From an uncultured candidatus Porisulfidus sp. (GTDB lineage: Bacteria; Pseudomonadota; Gammaproteobacteria; Poriferisulfidales; Poriferisulfidaceae): 64,000 nt of DNA. The stretch is from positions 1,664,001-1,728,000 of the forward strand of contig OZ220480.1 of NCBI GenBank assembly GCA_965116025.1, in the 5' to 3' direction. This document shows positions 9,536 through 25,882 of this stretch, one piece after another (the first letter of the stretch is position 1; every line of letters starts with the position of its first letter). The notes beneath the pieces were generated by a model. It saw only the letters and a program-made list of their open reading frames with translations. It ran no database searches and was not told where the DNA came from. Both the position numbers and the translations under genes were made by a program.

Positions 9536-10854
9536 GTGGAAACGAGATCCGGGTCGGATTGCTGGGGCTGGGTTGCGTGGGTTGCGGAGTCATTCGCGCG
9601 TTGGCGCGTAGCCAGGAAGAGATCGAACGAAGGGCAGGGCGTCGCCTGAGGATCGTCGCGGCTTGCGCCAGAGATCTGGACAAGGAGCGGGGCTGCGACC
9701 TTGAGGGGATTCAACTGACGCGGGATTCCCGACAGGTGGTGGATCATCCAGACGTGGATGTGGTGATCGAGTTGATGGGCGGCATCGCTCCCGCTCGGGA
9801 GTTGATTCTCCGCGCCATCGATCAGGGCAGGCCGGTCATCACCGCGAACAAGCACTTGATCGCCCTGCACGGGAGCGAGATTTTCTCGCGAGCGGAGCGG
9901 AAAGGCGTCAACGTGGCGTTCGAGGCGGCCGTGGCCGGTAGCATCCCGATCATCAAGAATATCCGGGAGAGCCTAAGCGGAAATCGGATCGAATGGGTCG
10001 CCGGCATCATCAACGGCACGGGCAACTACATCCTGACCGCGATGGAGAGCGACGAGCGCCCATTCGAGGATATCCTCGCTGAGGCCCAGCGGCTCGGCTA
10101 CGCGGAAGCGGACCCGGCGTTCGATGTCGACGGCACGGACACCGCGCATAAACTAACGATCCTTGCCTCTATCGCGTTCGGCATCCCCTTGTCGTACAGT
10201 CAGGTGCACGTCGAGGGAATTTCCGGCATCACGCCGGAGAATATCGAGGACGCTCGTTCGCTCGGCTACAGGATCAAGCATTTGGGCATCGCTAAGAGAA
10301 TGGAGGAAGGGATTGAGCTACGGGTCCATCCCACCCTGATTCCAAGCTCGCGCCTGATCGCGAACGTCGATGGCGTTATGAACGCGGTGGCGGTGATGTC
10401 CGACGCGGCCGGAGCGCATCTGCATTACGGCGCTGGAGCGGGCGGGGACGCGACCGCTTCGGCGGTCGTCGCGGACTTGGTGGATGTCGTGCGCACGCTG
10501 ACTACCGACGCGGAGAATCGGGTGCCGCATCTGGCTTATCAACCCCACGCGCTGAGCGACATGCCTATCCTGCCGATTCAGCGAGTCGCGACGGCCTGCT
10601 ATCTGAGATTGCGGGCGATTGACCGTCCCGGTGTATTAGCCGCGGTCACCGAGATACTCGGCCAGCTTGAGATCAGCATCGAGGCGATTCAGCAACGCGA
10701 ACCCGAGCGCCAAAGCGCGGATGGCGGCGTTCCCGTGATCTTGCTGACCCATGAAGTTCCAGAAGAGCGTATGGATCAAGCCTTGGAGCGGATCGAGGCG
10801 TTAGAGGACATCGTGGCGCCAGTGCAGAGAATAAGAATTGAATCAATGAATTAG
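9532..10854 (+). CDS. hom: Homoserine dehydrogenase with C-terminal ACT domain
   Basis: GLLGLGCVG, TANK, FEAAVAGSIP, GIINGTGNYIL, GYAEADP, DRPGVLA. Confidence 0.96.
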   Translation: MSGNEIRVGLLGLGCVGCGVIRALARSQEEIERRAGRRLRIVAACARDLDKERGCDLEGIQLTRDSRQVVDHPDVDVVIELMGGIAPARELILRAIDQGRPVITANKHLIALHGSEIFSRAERKGVNVAFEAAVAGSIPIIKNIRESLSGNRIEWVAGIINGTGNYILTAMESDERPFEDILAEAQRLGYAEADPAFDVDGTDTAHKLTILASIAFGIPLSYSQVHVEGISGITPENIEDARSLGYRIKHLGIAKRMEEGIELRVHPTLIPSSRLIANVDGVMNAVAVMSDAAGAHLHYGAGAGGDATASAVVADLVDVVRTLTTDAENRVPHLAYQPHALSDMPILPIQRVATACYLRLRAIDRPGVLAAVTEILGQLEISIEAIQQREPERQSADGGVPVILLTHEVPEERMDQALERIEALEDIVAPVQRIRIESMN

Positions 10855-10873
10855 CCGAGAAACCTGCTAGAAC

Positions 10874-12004
10874 ATGAAAATGCGACGCTATGCCGGATTA
10901 ATCGACCGTTATCGGGACTGTCTGCCCATCGCTCCAGACACGCCCGCCGTGACCTTGTGCGAGGGCGACACGCCTCTTGTCGAGTTGAAGCGGCTTCCCA
11001 GGGAATGGGGGACGGACTGCAGGGTGCTGGCTAAATTCGAGGGATTGAACCCGACCGGATCGTTCAAGGATCGGGGAATGACGGTGGCGGTGACCCGGGC
11101 CTCGGAAGAAGGCAGTCGCGCCATCATCTGCGCGTCCACAGGCAATACCTCGGCTTCCGCGGCGGCGTACGCGACCCGCGCCAACATGGAGTGCTTCGTG
11201 CTGATCCCGGAAGGGAACGTCGCGCTCGGCAAGCTCGCGCAGGCGATCATGCACGGCGCCACAATTCTCCAGATCAAGGGAAATTTCGATGACGGCATGC
11301 GTCTGGTGCGGGAAGTTGGCGAGGAGATGCCGGTCTCCATCGTCAACTCCATCAATCCTTATCGCTTGCAAGGGCAGAAGACCATCGCCTACGAGGTCGC
11401 GGAGGCGTTGGGGGCCGCGCCCGACTATCACGCTCTTCCGGTCGGAAACGCCGGAAATATCAGCGCGCATTGGATCGGATACAGTGAACTGGCGGGAATG
11501 GAGTCGGACGTGATGAGCGCATGCGAAGCTTCCTTGGCCTCGCGTCCTTCTGGCACGGCGAAGCGGATCGGTGAGCGTCCCATCATGATCGGATATCAAG
11601 CCTCGGGCAGCGCTCCGTTTTTGCGCGGCGAGTGGGTGAAGAAACCTGAGACCCGGGCGACGGCGATTCGGATTGGTCACCCGCAAAGTTGGGAGTATGC
11701 CTGGACGGTGCAGCGCGAGTCTGGCGGTTGGTTCGACGAGTGCGCCGACGAGGAGATTCTGGATATGCAACGGCGACTGGCAGGCCTTGAAGGCGTTTTC
11801 TGCGAGCCGGCCTCGGCGGTGTCGGTTGCTGGCGTCATGCGCGACATTCGATCAGGAAAGATCAAGAACGGTAGCGTCGTGGTCTGTACCCTGACGGGGC
11901 ATGGGCTGAAAGACCCGAGCGTGGTCGAGGATGTGAAACTGGAGAGCGTGGAGCCTTCCTTAGCGAACATCAAGGACGCGATCAGAAAGAAACTGGGTGC
12001 CTGA
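10874..12004 (+). CDS. thrC: Threonine synthase
   Basis: EGLNPTGSFKDRGM, CASTGNTSAS, PVGNAGNI, TGHGLKD. Confidence 0.96.
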   Translation: MKMRRYAGLIDRYRDCLPIAPDTPAVTLCEGDTPLVELKRLPREWGTDCRVLAKFEGLNPTGSFKDRGMTVAVTRASEEGSRAIICASTGNTSASAAAYATRANMECFVLIPEGNVALGKLAQAIMHGATILQIKGNFDDGMRLVREVGEEMPVSIVNSINPYRLQGQKTIAYEVAEALGAAPDYHALPVGNAGNISAHWIGYSELAGMESDVMSACEASLASRPSGTAKRIGERPIMIGYQASGSAPFLRGEWVKKPETRATAIRIGHPQSWEYAWTVQRESGGWFDECADEEILDMQRRLAGLEGVFCEPASAVSVAGVMRDIRSGKIKNGSVVVCTLTGHGLKDPSVVEDVKLESVEPSLANIKDAIRKKLGA

Positions 12005-12033
12005 GCGCGACCGCAGTCGCTCGCTGCAGGGTG

Positions 12034-12885
12034 TCAGGCGTTCGGCTTGACGATGCCTAATCGAGTGAAAGGAATTAGGCGGGGAGTCGTCGATGGGTAA
12101 TCTCGATACGAGGGATAGCATGATAGGGAGATGGCTTCGGTCAGTCGTGTCGAGCCAAAGAAGATTCCAGTCAGCGCGAGCGCGCCCGCAACGCTCCAAT
12201 TAAGAAGGGCATCGGTCGCGGCGATGGCGAACAGATAGAACGTCCACCACATGCCAAGCTCGCAAAAGAAATTCGGGTGCCTGGAAAATCGAAACAATCC
12301 CGTGGTGAGGAATGGAGCGTCGATCAGAGAGCCTTGCGCTTGCCGCGCCTTTTTCGCTTGCTGGAAACTCCACATCTGCTGGTCTGCTATGGCTTCTCCT
12401 ACCCAGAACGTGAGGAATAGGACCGTGGCCAGCATGTCCAGCCAGTTCAGCGGGGCCTCCAGAGCGGTCCATGCGTGGTGCGCGGGTGAGGTGAACAGCC
12501 AGATGATGAGCAGTTGTCCCAGCGCGATGAAAGCGAGATTGAATACCTGAAACCAGAAAGGCCCCATTCGCTTTCGCAGATGCTCCCACCGGTAGTCCTC
12601 CCCTCCATAGGGCCGATAGCCTCCTTTTCTCGCGTAGTTGAACGTCAGGCGAATCGCCCAGAGGCAGACCAAGAACGTCATCAGGTTCAGGCGAGAAGAG
12701 GAGAAATCCACGCTGGACGCGACCTGCAGGCAAAAAATCGCGGGGGCTATCGACCATGCCCGATCCACCCATGAGTAATCTCGGGATGTTATCGACAATA
12801 TCCAGCATGCGGCTGCCAAGATGATGGCGAGATCAAGGGCGGCCCCGAAGGGTGCGCCTATCAGTGGGTGAGGGATGAGATTCAC
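12034..12885 (-). CDS. DUF1295 (steroid 5-alpha-reductase-like) membrane protein
   Basis: GEDYRW, AD.QMW.FQ, GLFRFSRHPNFFCE..WW; several TM segments. Confidence 0.85.
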   Translation of the reverse strand: MNLIPHPLIGAPFGAALDLAIILAAACWILSITSRDYSWVDRAWSIAPAIFCLQVASSVDFSSSRLNLMTFLVCLWAIRLTFNYARKGGYRPYGGEDYRWEHLRKRMGPFWFQVFNLAFIALGQLLIIWLFTSPAHHAWTALEAPLNWLDMLATVLFLTFWVGEAIADQQMWSFQQAKKARQAQGSLIDAPFLTTGLFRFSRHPNFFCELGMWWTFYLFAIAATDALLNWSVAGALALTGIFFGSTRLTEAISLSCYPSYRDYPSTTPRLIPFTRLGIVKPNA

Positions 12886-12906
12886 GGTGATATGCCTGTG
12901 TCGTAT

Positions 12907-13029
12907 TTATGCTGTCGCCCATGGGTCAACGACCTCAATATCAATGTTCTCGAAGTCCCGAATATTTCGGGTCGCGACGGCCATATTCTGAAGCTCGGAC
13001 ACCACATTCGTATCCAATAGAAAAGGCAT
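12907..13029 (-). pseudogene. PIN-domain toxin (VapC/FitB-like) with large in-frame internal deletion, 40 aa
   Basis: N-terminal FLLDTNVVSEL joined almost directly to C-terminal VATRNIRDF...VVDPW; immediately downstream of a FitA-like gene. Confidence 0.82.
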
Positions 13030-13041
13030 AATTGCCTTTTC
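13020..13041 (-). promoter_or_regulatory. 9-bp hairpin pairing the toxin RBS with its start-codon region
   Basis: Minus strand GAAAAGGCA-ATTA-TGCCTTTTC spans the antitoxin stop, AAGG and the toxin ATG. Confidence 0.5.
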
Positions 13042-13285
13042 AGTCGAAAGTTGGCGGCTCACGTGCGGTTTCGCGCGGAGGCAGTTCCAATTCCACTCCA
13101 CCGAGAGGTTCGATACGGGCGCGAATAGCACTCACGAGGTTTTTGGGAGTGGGTCTGCGGTGCTCAATAGCATCGCGCAGGATCAGCCGCGCTTCCTCTG
13201 CTATGGACCGTCCGTTGTTCGCCGCACGCATCTTTAGGCCGATCTTAACGTCATCCTCAAGATTGCGAATCATAATGCTGGCCAT
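13040..13285 (-). CDS. FitA-like ribbon-helix-helix antitoxin (plasmid stability protein family)
   Basis: MASIMIRNLEDDVK..LKMRAA.NGRS..EEAR.IL, C-terminal GGVELELPPR. Confidence 0.88.
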   Translation of the reverse strand: MASIMIRNLEDDVKIGLKMRAANNGRSIAEEARLILRDAIEHRRPTPKNLVSAIRARIEPLGGVELELPPRETAREPPTFD

Positions 13286-13573
13286 GCGTTGGACTCCATT
13301 TGTGCTGGATCAATTCTACACGCGATTACTTCGCATGGTGCAGATCTGAGGATCTGCCTGATCGCATATCCTGACTTCGGTCGCTACGCGACGGTCAGAT
13401 CAAATGCTGTTGCTTTAAGCCGTAGAGCTTCTCGCGGTATGTCGCAGGGTCAGCCGTATGGAACTTTCCAGTGCCTGACGAGTTGGTGACATCGACATGT
13501 TTTTCCACATTTCCATGATTTTGGACGAGGCATGAGAGGCACGCTGAATAGCCGACTCAGAGTCAGGCGCCAA

Positions 13574-14944
13574 TCAGATCCGATGGGCCAAATTAGCGGC
13601 GATGCCTACATAATCACGCGGTTCCATATTCGCCAAACGTCGCTTAACTATGTCCGGCAAATCCAGTCCCGCGATGAATTCGGAAAGGCTCTCGTGGGTG
13701 ATCGTCCTACCTCGGGTGAACGCTTTCAATTGCTCATAGGGATCTGGCAAACCGTATCGTTTCATTACGGTCTGGATGGCTTCCGCGAGCACTTCAGGGC
13801 ATGCTCTCAAGTCGCTTTCCAGTCGTCGCTCGTCGATGTCCAGTTTCCCGAGGCCGCGTTCCAGCGCGGAATACGCGTTGACGCAACACGCCAGACTCGC
13901 CCCCATATTCCGCAAGACGGTGGAATCGCTCAGGTCGCGTTGCAGACGCGAGATCGGCAGCTTGTTCGCGTAGTAGCTCAATTCCGCGCAGGCCAGACCC
14001 AAGTTGCCCTCCGCGTTCTCGAAATCGATTGGATTGACCTTGTGTGGCATGGTGGAGGAGCCGACCTCGCCAGTCTTCATCTTCTGCTGGAAATAGCCTA
14101 GGGAAATGTACTGCCAGACATCCCGTGCGAAATCGGTCAGTATATTGTTGACGCGGATCAGAATATGGAAGAATTCGGCGAATTGGTCGTAGGGCTCGAT
14201 CTGGGTCGTGTAGGGATTGGCGTCCAGTCCAAGCGAACTCAGTGCCCCGTTCGAGAGATCTACCCAATCGACTTCTGGATAGGCTACCATATGTGCATTG
14301 TAATTGCCGACGGCTCCGTTCATCTTGCCCAGAAAGCGCATGCTTTCCAGCGTATCCAGCTGGCGGCGGAGGCGGGCGACCGTCACCGCGAGCTCCTTGC
14401 CCACAGTGGTTGGCGAGGCGGGCTGGCCATGCGTGCGCGACAGCATCGGGATGTTGGCGTATTCGTGCGCCATGTCTCGAATTTTGCGCTCTAGATTCCG
14501 CAGCGTGGGCGACACGACCTCCGTTCGCGCGCGGTCGAGCGTCATGGCGTAGGCCGGGTGGTTGATATCCCAGGATGTGCACGCGAAATGCGCGAATCTT
14601 TCCAGCGCCGCCAATTCCTCGTCTTCCCTCAACCGTTCGCGCAGGAAGTACTCAAGGGCCTTGACATCGTGGTTGGTCTTCTCCTCGATGCTCTTGACTT
14701 GGCGGGCCTGCTCTGGAGAGAACTCCTCGACCAGAAAACGCAGGCGCTTTCGGGCCCCGCCGGATAGTTCCGCCACCTCAGAAATGTTTGGATGATTGGA
14801 CAGGGCGATCAGCCACGCGACCTCTACCTCAAGGCGATGGTGGATGATCCCAAACTCAGAGAACAGCCGACGTAGCCGGGCATTCGTGCTCTTGTAGTAA
14901 CGCCCGTCAACCGGCGATAGGGCGGTCAAGGGCGAGAGTTCCAA
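13574..14944 (-). CDS. purB: Adenylosuccinate lyase
   Basis: LTALSPVDGRY, TNHDVKA, SRTHGQPASPT, GSSTMPHKVNPIDFEN. Confidence 0.98.
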   Translation of the reverse strand: MELSPLTALSPVDGRYYKSTNARLRRLFSEFGIIHHRLEVEVAWLIALSNHPNISEVAELSGGARKRLRFLVEEFSPEQARQVKSIEEKTNHDVKALEYFLRERLREDEELAALERFAHFACTSWDINHPAYAMTLDRARTEVVSPTLRNLERKIRDMAHEYANIPMLSRTHGQPASPTTVGKELAVTVARLRRQLDTLESMRFLGKMNGAVGNYNAHMVAYPEVDWVDLSNGALSSLGLDANPYTTQIEPYDQFAEFFHILIRVNNILTDFARDVWQYISLGYFQQKMKTGEVGSSTMPHKVNPIDFENAEGNLGLACAELSYYANKLPISRLQRDLSDSTVLRNMGASLACCVNAYSALERGLGKLDIDERRLESDLRACPEVLAEAIQTVMKRYGLPDPYEQLKAFTRGRTITHESLSEFIAGLDLPDIVKRRLANMEPRDYVGIAANLAHRI

Positions 14945-15016
14945 CCGTTCTACTCTTGCGGATAATTTCCGAAATTCATTATACTGCCCGTCTCAATCAC
15001 CCGCTCTTTCGACACA

Positions 15017-16387
15017 ATGACCGCATACCGCACGGAAAAAGACAGTATGGGAGAAATCCAAGTTCCCCGGGACGCGCTCTATGGCGCGCAAACGCAACGC
15101 GCCGTGGAGAATTTTCCGGTCAGCGGTCTGGGAATGCCTCGCGCTTTCCTTTACGCCTTGGGGCTGGTCAAGCGCGCGTGCGCGGAAGCGAACGCGGGTC
15201 TGGGCCTTCTGGAGCGAGAGAAGGCCGACGCGATCGCCGCCGCCGCCGGGGAGGTGGTGAGCGGGCGGCATGACGCGGAATTCCCGGTCGACGTGTTCCA
15301 GACCGGCTCCGGGACCAGCACGAACATGAACGCGAACGAGGTGATCGCGCGGTTGGCGGGAAAAGGCGTGCATCCTAATGACCACGTCAACATGAGCCAA
15401 AGCTCCAATGACGTGATTCCCACCGTTCTGCATGTCGGCGCCGCTTTGGCGCTTCACGAGCGGTTGCTACCCGCGCTACGCCATTTGCGGAAGATGGCGG
15501 ATGCCAAAGCGTCCGAGCTGGAGCGGCGGATCAAGACGGGCCGCACCCATCTGATGGACGCGATGCCGGTGCGGATGTCGCAGGAAATCGGGGCTTGGGG
15601 CAGCCAAGTCCGCTACGGGATCGAGCGGGTCGAGGCCGTGTTTCCTCGATTGCTGGAGTTGGCCCAGGGCGGCACGGCCGTTGGCAGTGGCGTCAACGCT
15701 CCAGAAGGTTTCGCGGAGGCTTTCGTCAAGGCGCTTGGAGACCGAACCGAGCTTGAGTTTCGGACGAAACCAGACAAATTCGAGGGGTTGGCGGCCCAGG
15801 ACACCGCCGTCGAGCTGAGCGGGCAACTGCGCGTGGTCGCCGTCAGTCTTATGAAAATCGCCAACGATCTGCGCTGGATGAATTCCGGCCCTCTAGCGGG
15901 ACTCGGCGAGATCGCTTTGCCAGCGCTGCAGCCAGGAAGTAGCATCATGCCGGGCAAGGTCAATCCGGTGATCCCCGAGTCCACGGCGATGGTCGCCGCT
16001 CAGGTCATGGGCAACGACGCGACTATCGCGGTGGCGGGGCAATCCGGTAACTTCCAACTGAACGTCATGCTTCCGGTGATCGCCTACAATCTTCTACAAA
16101 GCATCGAGCTGCTCGCCAATTCCTCTAGACTCCTGGCGGACCGCGCGATCAAGGGCTTCCGCGTCAATGAGGAGAGGCTCAAGGATTCGCTTGATCGAAA
16201 CCCGATCCTTGTTACTGCGCTCAATACCGTGATTGGCTACGAGAAGGGAGCGGCGATCGCGAAACGGGCGTACGCGGAGGGGCGCGCCGTCATCGATGTG
16301 GCGCGCGAGATGACCGATTTGTCTGAAGAGGATCTGAAGCGACTTCTAGATCCCGCCGCGCTGACCCGTGGCGGGATCCAGGAATAG
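15017..16387 (+). CDS. fumC: Class II fumarate hydratase
   Basis: FQTGSGTSTNMNANE, KTGRTHLMDA, PGSSIMPGKVNP. Confidence 0.97.
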   Translation: MTAYRTEKDSMGEIQVPRDALYGAQTQRAVENFPVSGLGMPRAFLYALGLVKRACAEANAGLGLLEREKADAIAAAAGEVVSGRHDAEFPVDVFQTGSGTSTNMNANEVIARLAGKGVHPNDHVNMSQSSNDVIPTVLHVGAALALHERLLPALRHLRKMADAKASELERRIKTGRTHLMDAMPVRMSQEIGAWGSQVRYGIERVEAVFPRLLELAQGGTAVGSGVNAPEGFAEAFVKALGDRTELEFRTKPDKFEGLAAQDTAVELSGQLRVVAVSLMKIANDLRWMNSGPLAGLGEIALPALQPGSSIMPGKVNPVIPESTAMVAAQVMGNDATIAVAGQSGNFQLNVMLPVIAYNLLQSIELLANSSRLLADRAIKGFRVNEERLKDSLDRNPILVTALNTVIGYEKGAAIAKRAYAEGRAVIDVAREMTDLSEEDLKRLLDPAALTRGGIQE

Positions 16388-16414
16388 TTGGCGCTCGCCT
16401 TGGACGAGAGTCGG

Positions 16415-19087
<2,673 letters not shown>

Positions 19088-19273
19088 GGTTTGTTGATGG
19101 AGAATTTCATAGAGATTGTGTTCGGACGCTACGGCTGACGTGGATAGCCAACGAGGTCGCGCCGTATTTTCGCATGAAAGCGTTTTCGATGGGGTACAAT
19201 CTGCCGCGCCTGCAGAAAAATAAGAGCGCAGAGACATGACCGAACGAAGGATCTGGACCGGCGTGAGCGAGTG

Positions 19274-22298
<3,025 letters not shown>

Positions 22299-22305
22299 GG
22301 CGTAA

Positions 22306-22818
22306 ATGGCGCGGCTAAAACTGGTGTCGCGGGTAGAGACGACCGCGTCCTCCCCGCGCTACGAGCTACGGGTGTGGTGCTGCGGACCGGCAGATACAGC
22401 CCATGAGGTTTGGCAATTGCCGGCCACGGCCTCGCCGCATGTGACGCGCGCTCTGCGCATCGCCAGATTGCGGGGACGAAATCTGGATTTGGTCAAGCAC
22501 CGGGTGACGCGAAGGCTGTCGCAGGAAGGTATCAGGCTGGGCCAAAAAACGGACGCGATAAAGCGTTGCTATCGCCTGACTGAAGAAGCCGCTCTTATGC
22601 TGGGTTTGCTCTTTCGAACGTTGGCGCCGATGCGTAGTCGCGAGCGCATGTGGGAGGTAACGGAGGGAATCGAAGTGATGGGACGGGAGGAGTCCGCATA
22701 TTGGCTGGGCATGGCCATGCATCGCAGGAATCCACGCCGGGCCCTGAGCGCATTGCGGACACTCCTGACTGAGCCGCAGACGAAGGAGCCCTGCGAAAGC
22801 GTGTCCGCCCGAGCTTGA
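22306..22818 (+). CDS. Small accessory protein of DUF499/DUF1156 defence operon (DUF3780-like by position)
   Basis: 170 aa, 7 nt after the ATPase stop; C-terminal GREESAYWLGMA..R.PRRAL.ALR; family call rests mainly on synteny. Confidence 0.65.
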   Translation: MARLKLVSRVETTASSPRYELRVWCCGPADTAHEVWQLPATASPHVTRALRIARLRGRNLDLVKHRVTRRLSQEGIRLGQKTDAIKRCYRLTEEAALMLGLLFRTLAPMRSRERMWEVTEGIEVMGREESAYWLGMAMHRRNPRRALSALRTLLTEPQTKEPCESVSARA

Positions 22819-22945
22819 AAGTGGGTAAGTCCACATTTTGCGCATATGGTTCTCATAAATCCCAGACACGAATCCATCGGGCAATTTGGAGCGCGTGGAC
22901 GGTCTCACCCATCCGAATATTTTTCCAAGACAAAGATTGGGACGC

Positions 22946-25880
22946 ATGACTCGCCTGATTGAGCGATGGTTGCCAATCGCGGCTCTTGGCGAGGAAAGTC
23001 TTCGAGAGCGCCGTTCGATGACGGCGCTACCACCGACTTACTACTTGCATGTCTGGTGGGCGAGGCGGCCTCTGGTAGCGTCTCGCGCCGCTATCTTGGC
23101 TTCCCTGCTCCCGGCGGATGCTGACCATGAAAGGTTTCTGCATGCGTTGGGAATTCATGGAGATCCGGTTTCTGCACGCAAAAGGATCGATGCTGCACAT
23201 CAGAAAGGCGAGAGATTTGAAGGCCAAGCATACAGCTATGCGAGGGCGTTCAATCATATTCCTGATGGGAATGACGTTGAATGGATGAGTGCCGCTCTAG
23301 GGAAAGTCCTGGATAGTTTCACAGTGATTGATCCAACTGCTGGCGGAGGTAGCATTCCTTTTGAAGCAACCCGCCTAGGCATAAATGCGTTCGCAAACGA
23401 TTTGAATCCGGTTGCTGCCCTGATTATGCGTGCGACAGTTGAATGGCCATCAAGGTATGGCGAAGAACTTGAATCCGAATTTTCTGAATTGGCCGAACAA
23501 CTGATCCTTATAGAGAGAGGAACTGCTCGCGCCATATTTCCCGGATGAGCCTGAAGCGGACTCAATATCAACCAATTTCCTCTGGGCGCATGCGATCACT
23601 TGCCCCTACTGTGCCGGTCTAGTTCCTCTGTCACCTAATTGGCGTTTAACATCAAATGAAATCGGGATTCGGCTGAAACCGGAGCTCGCGTCTGGCCCGA
23701 GATCAGAAGGGCGAATCTGTTCATTTGAAATTGTGGAGAGGTCGCAGGACCAATCAGAGGGCACGGTAGCGCGTGGTGTAGGTACTTGTCCATATCCAGA
23801 CTGTGGGCGAGTTATCGATGGTGACGAAATTAAGCGTCAGGCCCAAGCCGGATTAATGGGCGAGCAGCTCTACGCTGTTGTGTACAAAAAACGTGTGCCC
23901 AAGGTGCTGAAGTCGGGCAAAAGCGGGAAAGATAAGTGGGTTCGCGGATACCGTGCCCCACGCCCGGAAGATGACAATAGAAAACTTATTGAGAAACTGC
24001 TCGCTGAGAAGCTTCCCGAATGGGAGGCCCTTGACATTGTTCCAAGCGAGAAAGTTCCGAATGGAAATAAGACAACGGAGCTCCACAGGTATGGGATGCC
24101 ATTCTGGAGTGATCTGTTCTCACCGCGCCAGCTGCTCTGTCACTGCACAGGTGTAGAGGCTTTTCAGGAGATGCTGGAAGCGGAAAGAAAAGAAGGAAAA
24201 TTGATGGATATTCGACGAGCGGCGTATGGATATCTGGCTTTATCCTTAAGTAAATCCATCTATTACAACTCAAGGATGTGCGCTTGGCATTCTTATCGAT
24301 CCGTTACTGGAAATACGTTCTCCCAGCATGATTTTTCATTCAAATGGTCCTATGCGGAAATGGCCCCCCTCGTCGCCGGCTTGGGCTATGACTGGGTGAT
24401 CAACCAGACCACCAAGTGCATCGGTGAACTCGTATCTTTGATCTATCCTTCGAAATCCGGCAATACTCATGTTGAAGAGTTTTTCCTGGCCAAAAACAAG
24501 CGACCCAAAATCACGATTTCATGCAAATCCGGTGACAGCCTTGACCATATCCAAGATGGACATATTGACGCGGTCATCATGGATCCCCCGTATTACGACA
24601 ACGTCATGTACGCGGAGCTTTCCGATTTCTTCTATGTCTGGCTAAAACGCACTGCTGGCCATGTATATCCTGAGCTGTTCCGACGCATCCTAACGGATAA
24701 AGAAAGCGAAGCTGTAGCGAATCCGGCAAAGTTCCGGTCCCAGAAAGGTGCGAGGGCGCGGGCCAGAATCGATTACCAGGAACGCATGGCATCTATTTTT
24801 GCGGAATGCCGTCGAGTGCTGAAATCTGATGGCATCTTGACATTGATGTTCACGCACAAGGCGGCAGGTGCCTGGGACGCGCTCGCCAAAGGTCTGATGA
24901 AGGCAGGATTCGTGATAACCGCGTCTTGGCCTGTCAACACCGAAGCAGAGGGCAGTCTCCATATCCAAAACAAGGCGGCGGCTAAAAGTACGATCTTCTT
25001 AGTCTGCCGCCCACGCGCCAACGATGCCGAAGCAGAAAGGAATCTGTATTGGGAGGATGTGGAACCGGAAGTGGCGAAAGCTGTCCGCCAGAGGATCAGA
25101 GGCTTCCAAGAAGCAGGGATTGCTGGTGTAGATCTTTATCTTGCCTGCTTCGGCCCTGCGTTGAAGGAGTTTTCCCGCCATTGGCCGCTCAGACGAGGCG
25201 CGCCGCGCGAGTTGCCGGCCAAACGGAAAAAGCAACAACAGGTGGTGAATGAGGGTGAGTGGGATCAATACGAAGTGACACCGGAAGACGCGCTTGATGC
25301 CGCTAGGCGGGAAGTCAAACGCTGGCGTTTGGAGCAACTGACGAAACGTGCGGCCGATACCGACCTGGACCCGTCCACGGCCTTTTTCGTACTGGCTTGG
25401 GATGCATTCCGAGCACCAATTTTTCCTTACGATGAGGCGTTGCGGTTGGCTCATGCGGTGGGTGCTGATCTAGACCGAGACATCGTGGATCGGCTTGCTG
25501 GGAAGAAGGGCGGCGATATCATCCTGTGGGACAGTGCGCTACGGGTCGCTAAGGGGAAGATCGGGCCGATTGATGGCTCGCGTGGGATGATTGACGCCAT
25601 CCACCGTAGCGCGGATCTCGCCCGCGCGCGTTCATTAGATGTCGCTCGAGAATCGCTAACGCGCATTGGGTTAGACAAGAGCCCTCTGTTCTTCGCGTCC
25701 CTAGAGTCCGTGCTTGAAGTCTTGCCGGTTCCCAAGGGGTTCACCGGCATCGAACTCAATGACAAGGCAGAAGCCTCGGGGAACGATTTTGAGGTGCTTT
25801 ATCGCTTGAGTCGTTTGGCGTACAGCGAGCATATTGGAGAGCCTAAGCAGCTCAAGTTCTGGAATGAGGAGAAGACCTGA
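22946..25880 (+). pseudogene. DUF1156 adenine DNA methyltransferase, frameshifted near an (AG)4 tract
   Basis: LHVWWARRPL, DPTAGGGSIPFEA, ANDLNPVA in the first frame; +1 frame from 23514 gives REELLAPYFP...CPYC...CPYPDC...MDPPYYDNV. Confidence 0.85.
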
Positions 25881-25882
25881 TC

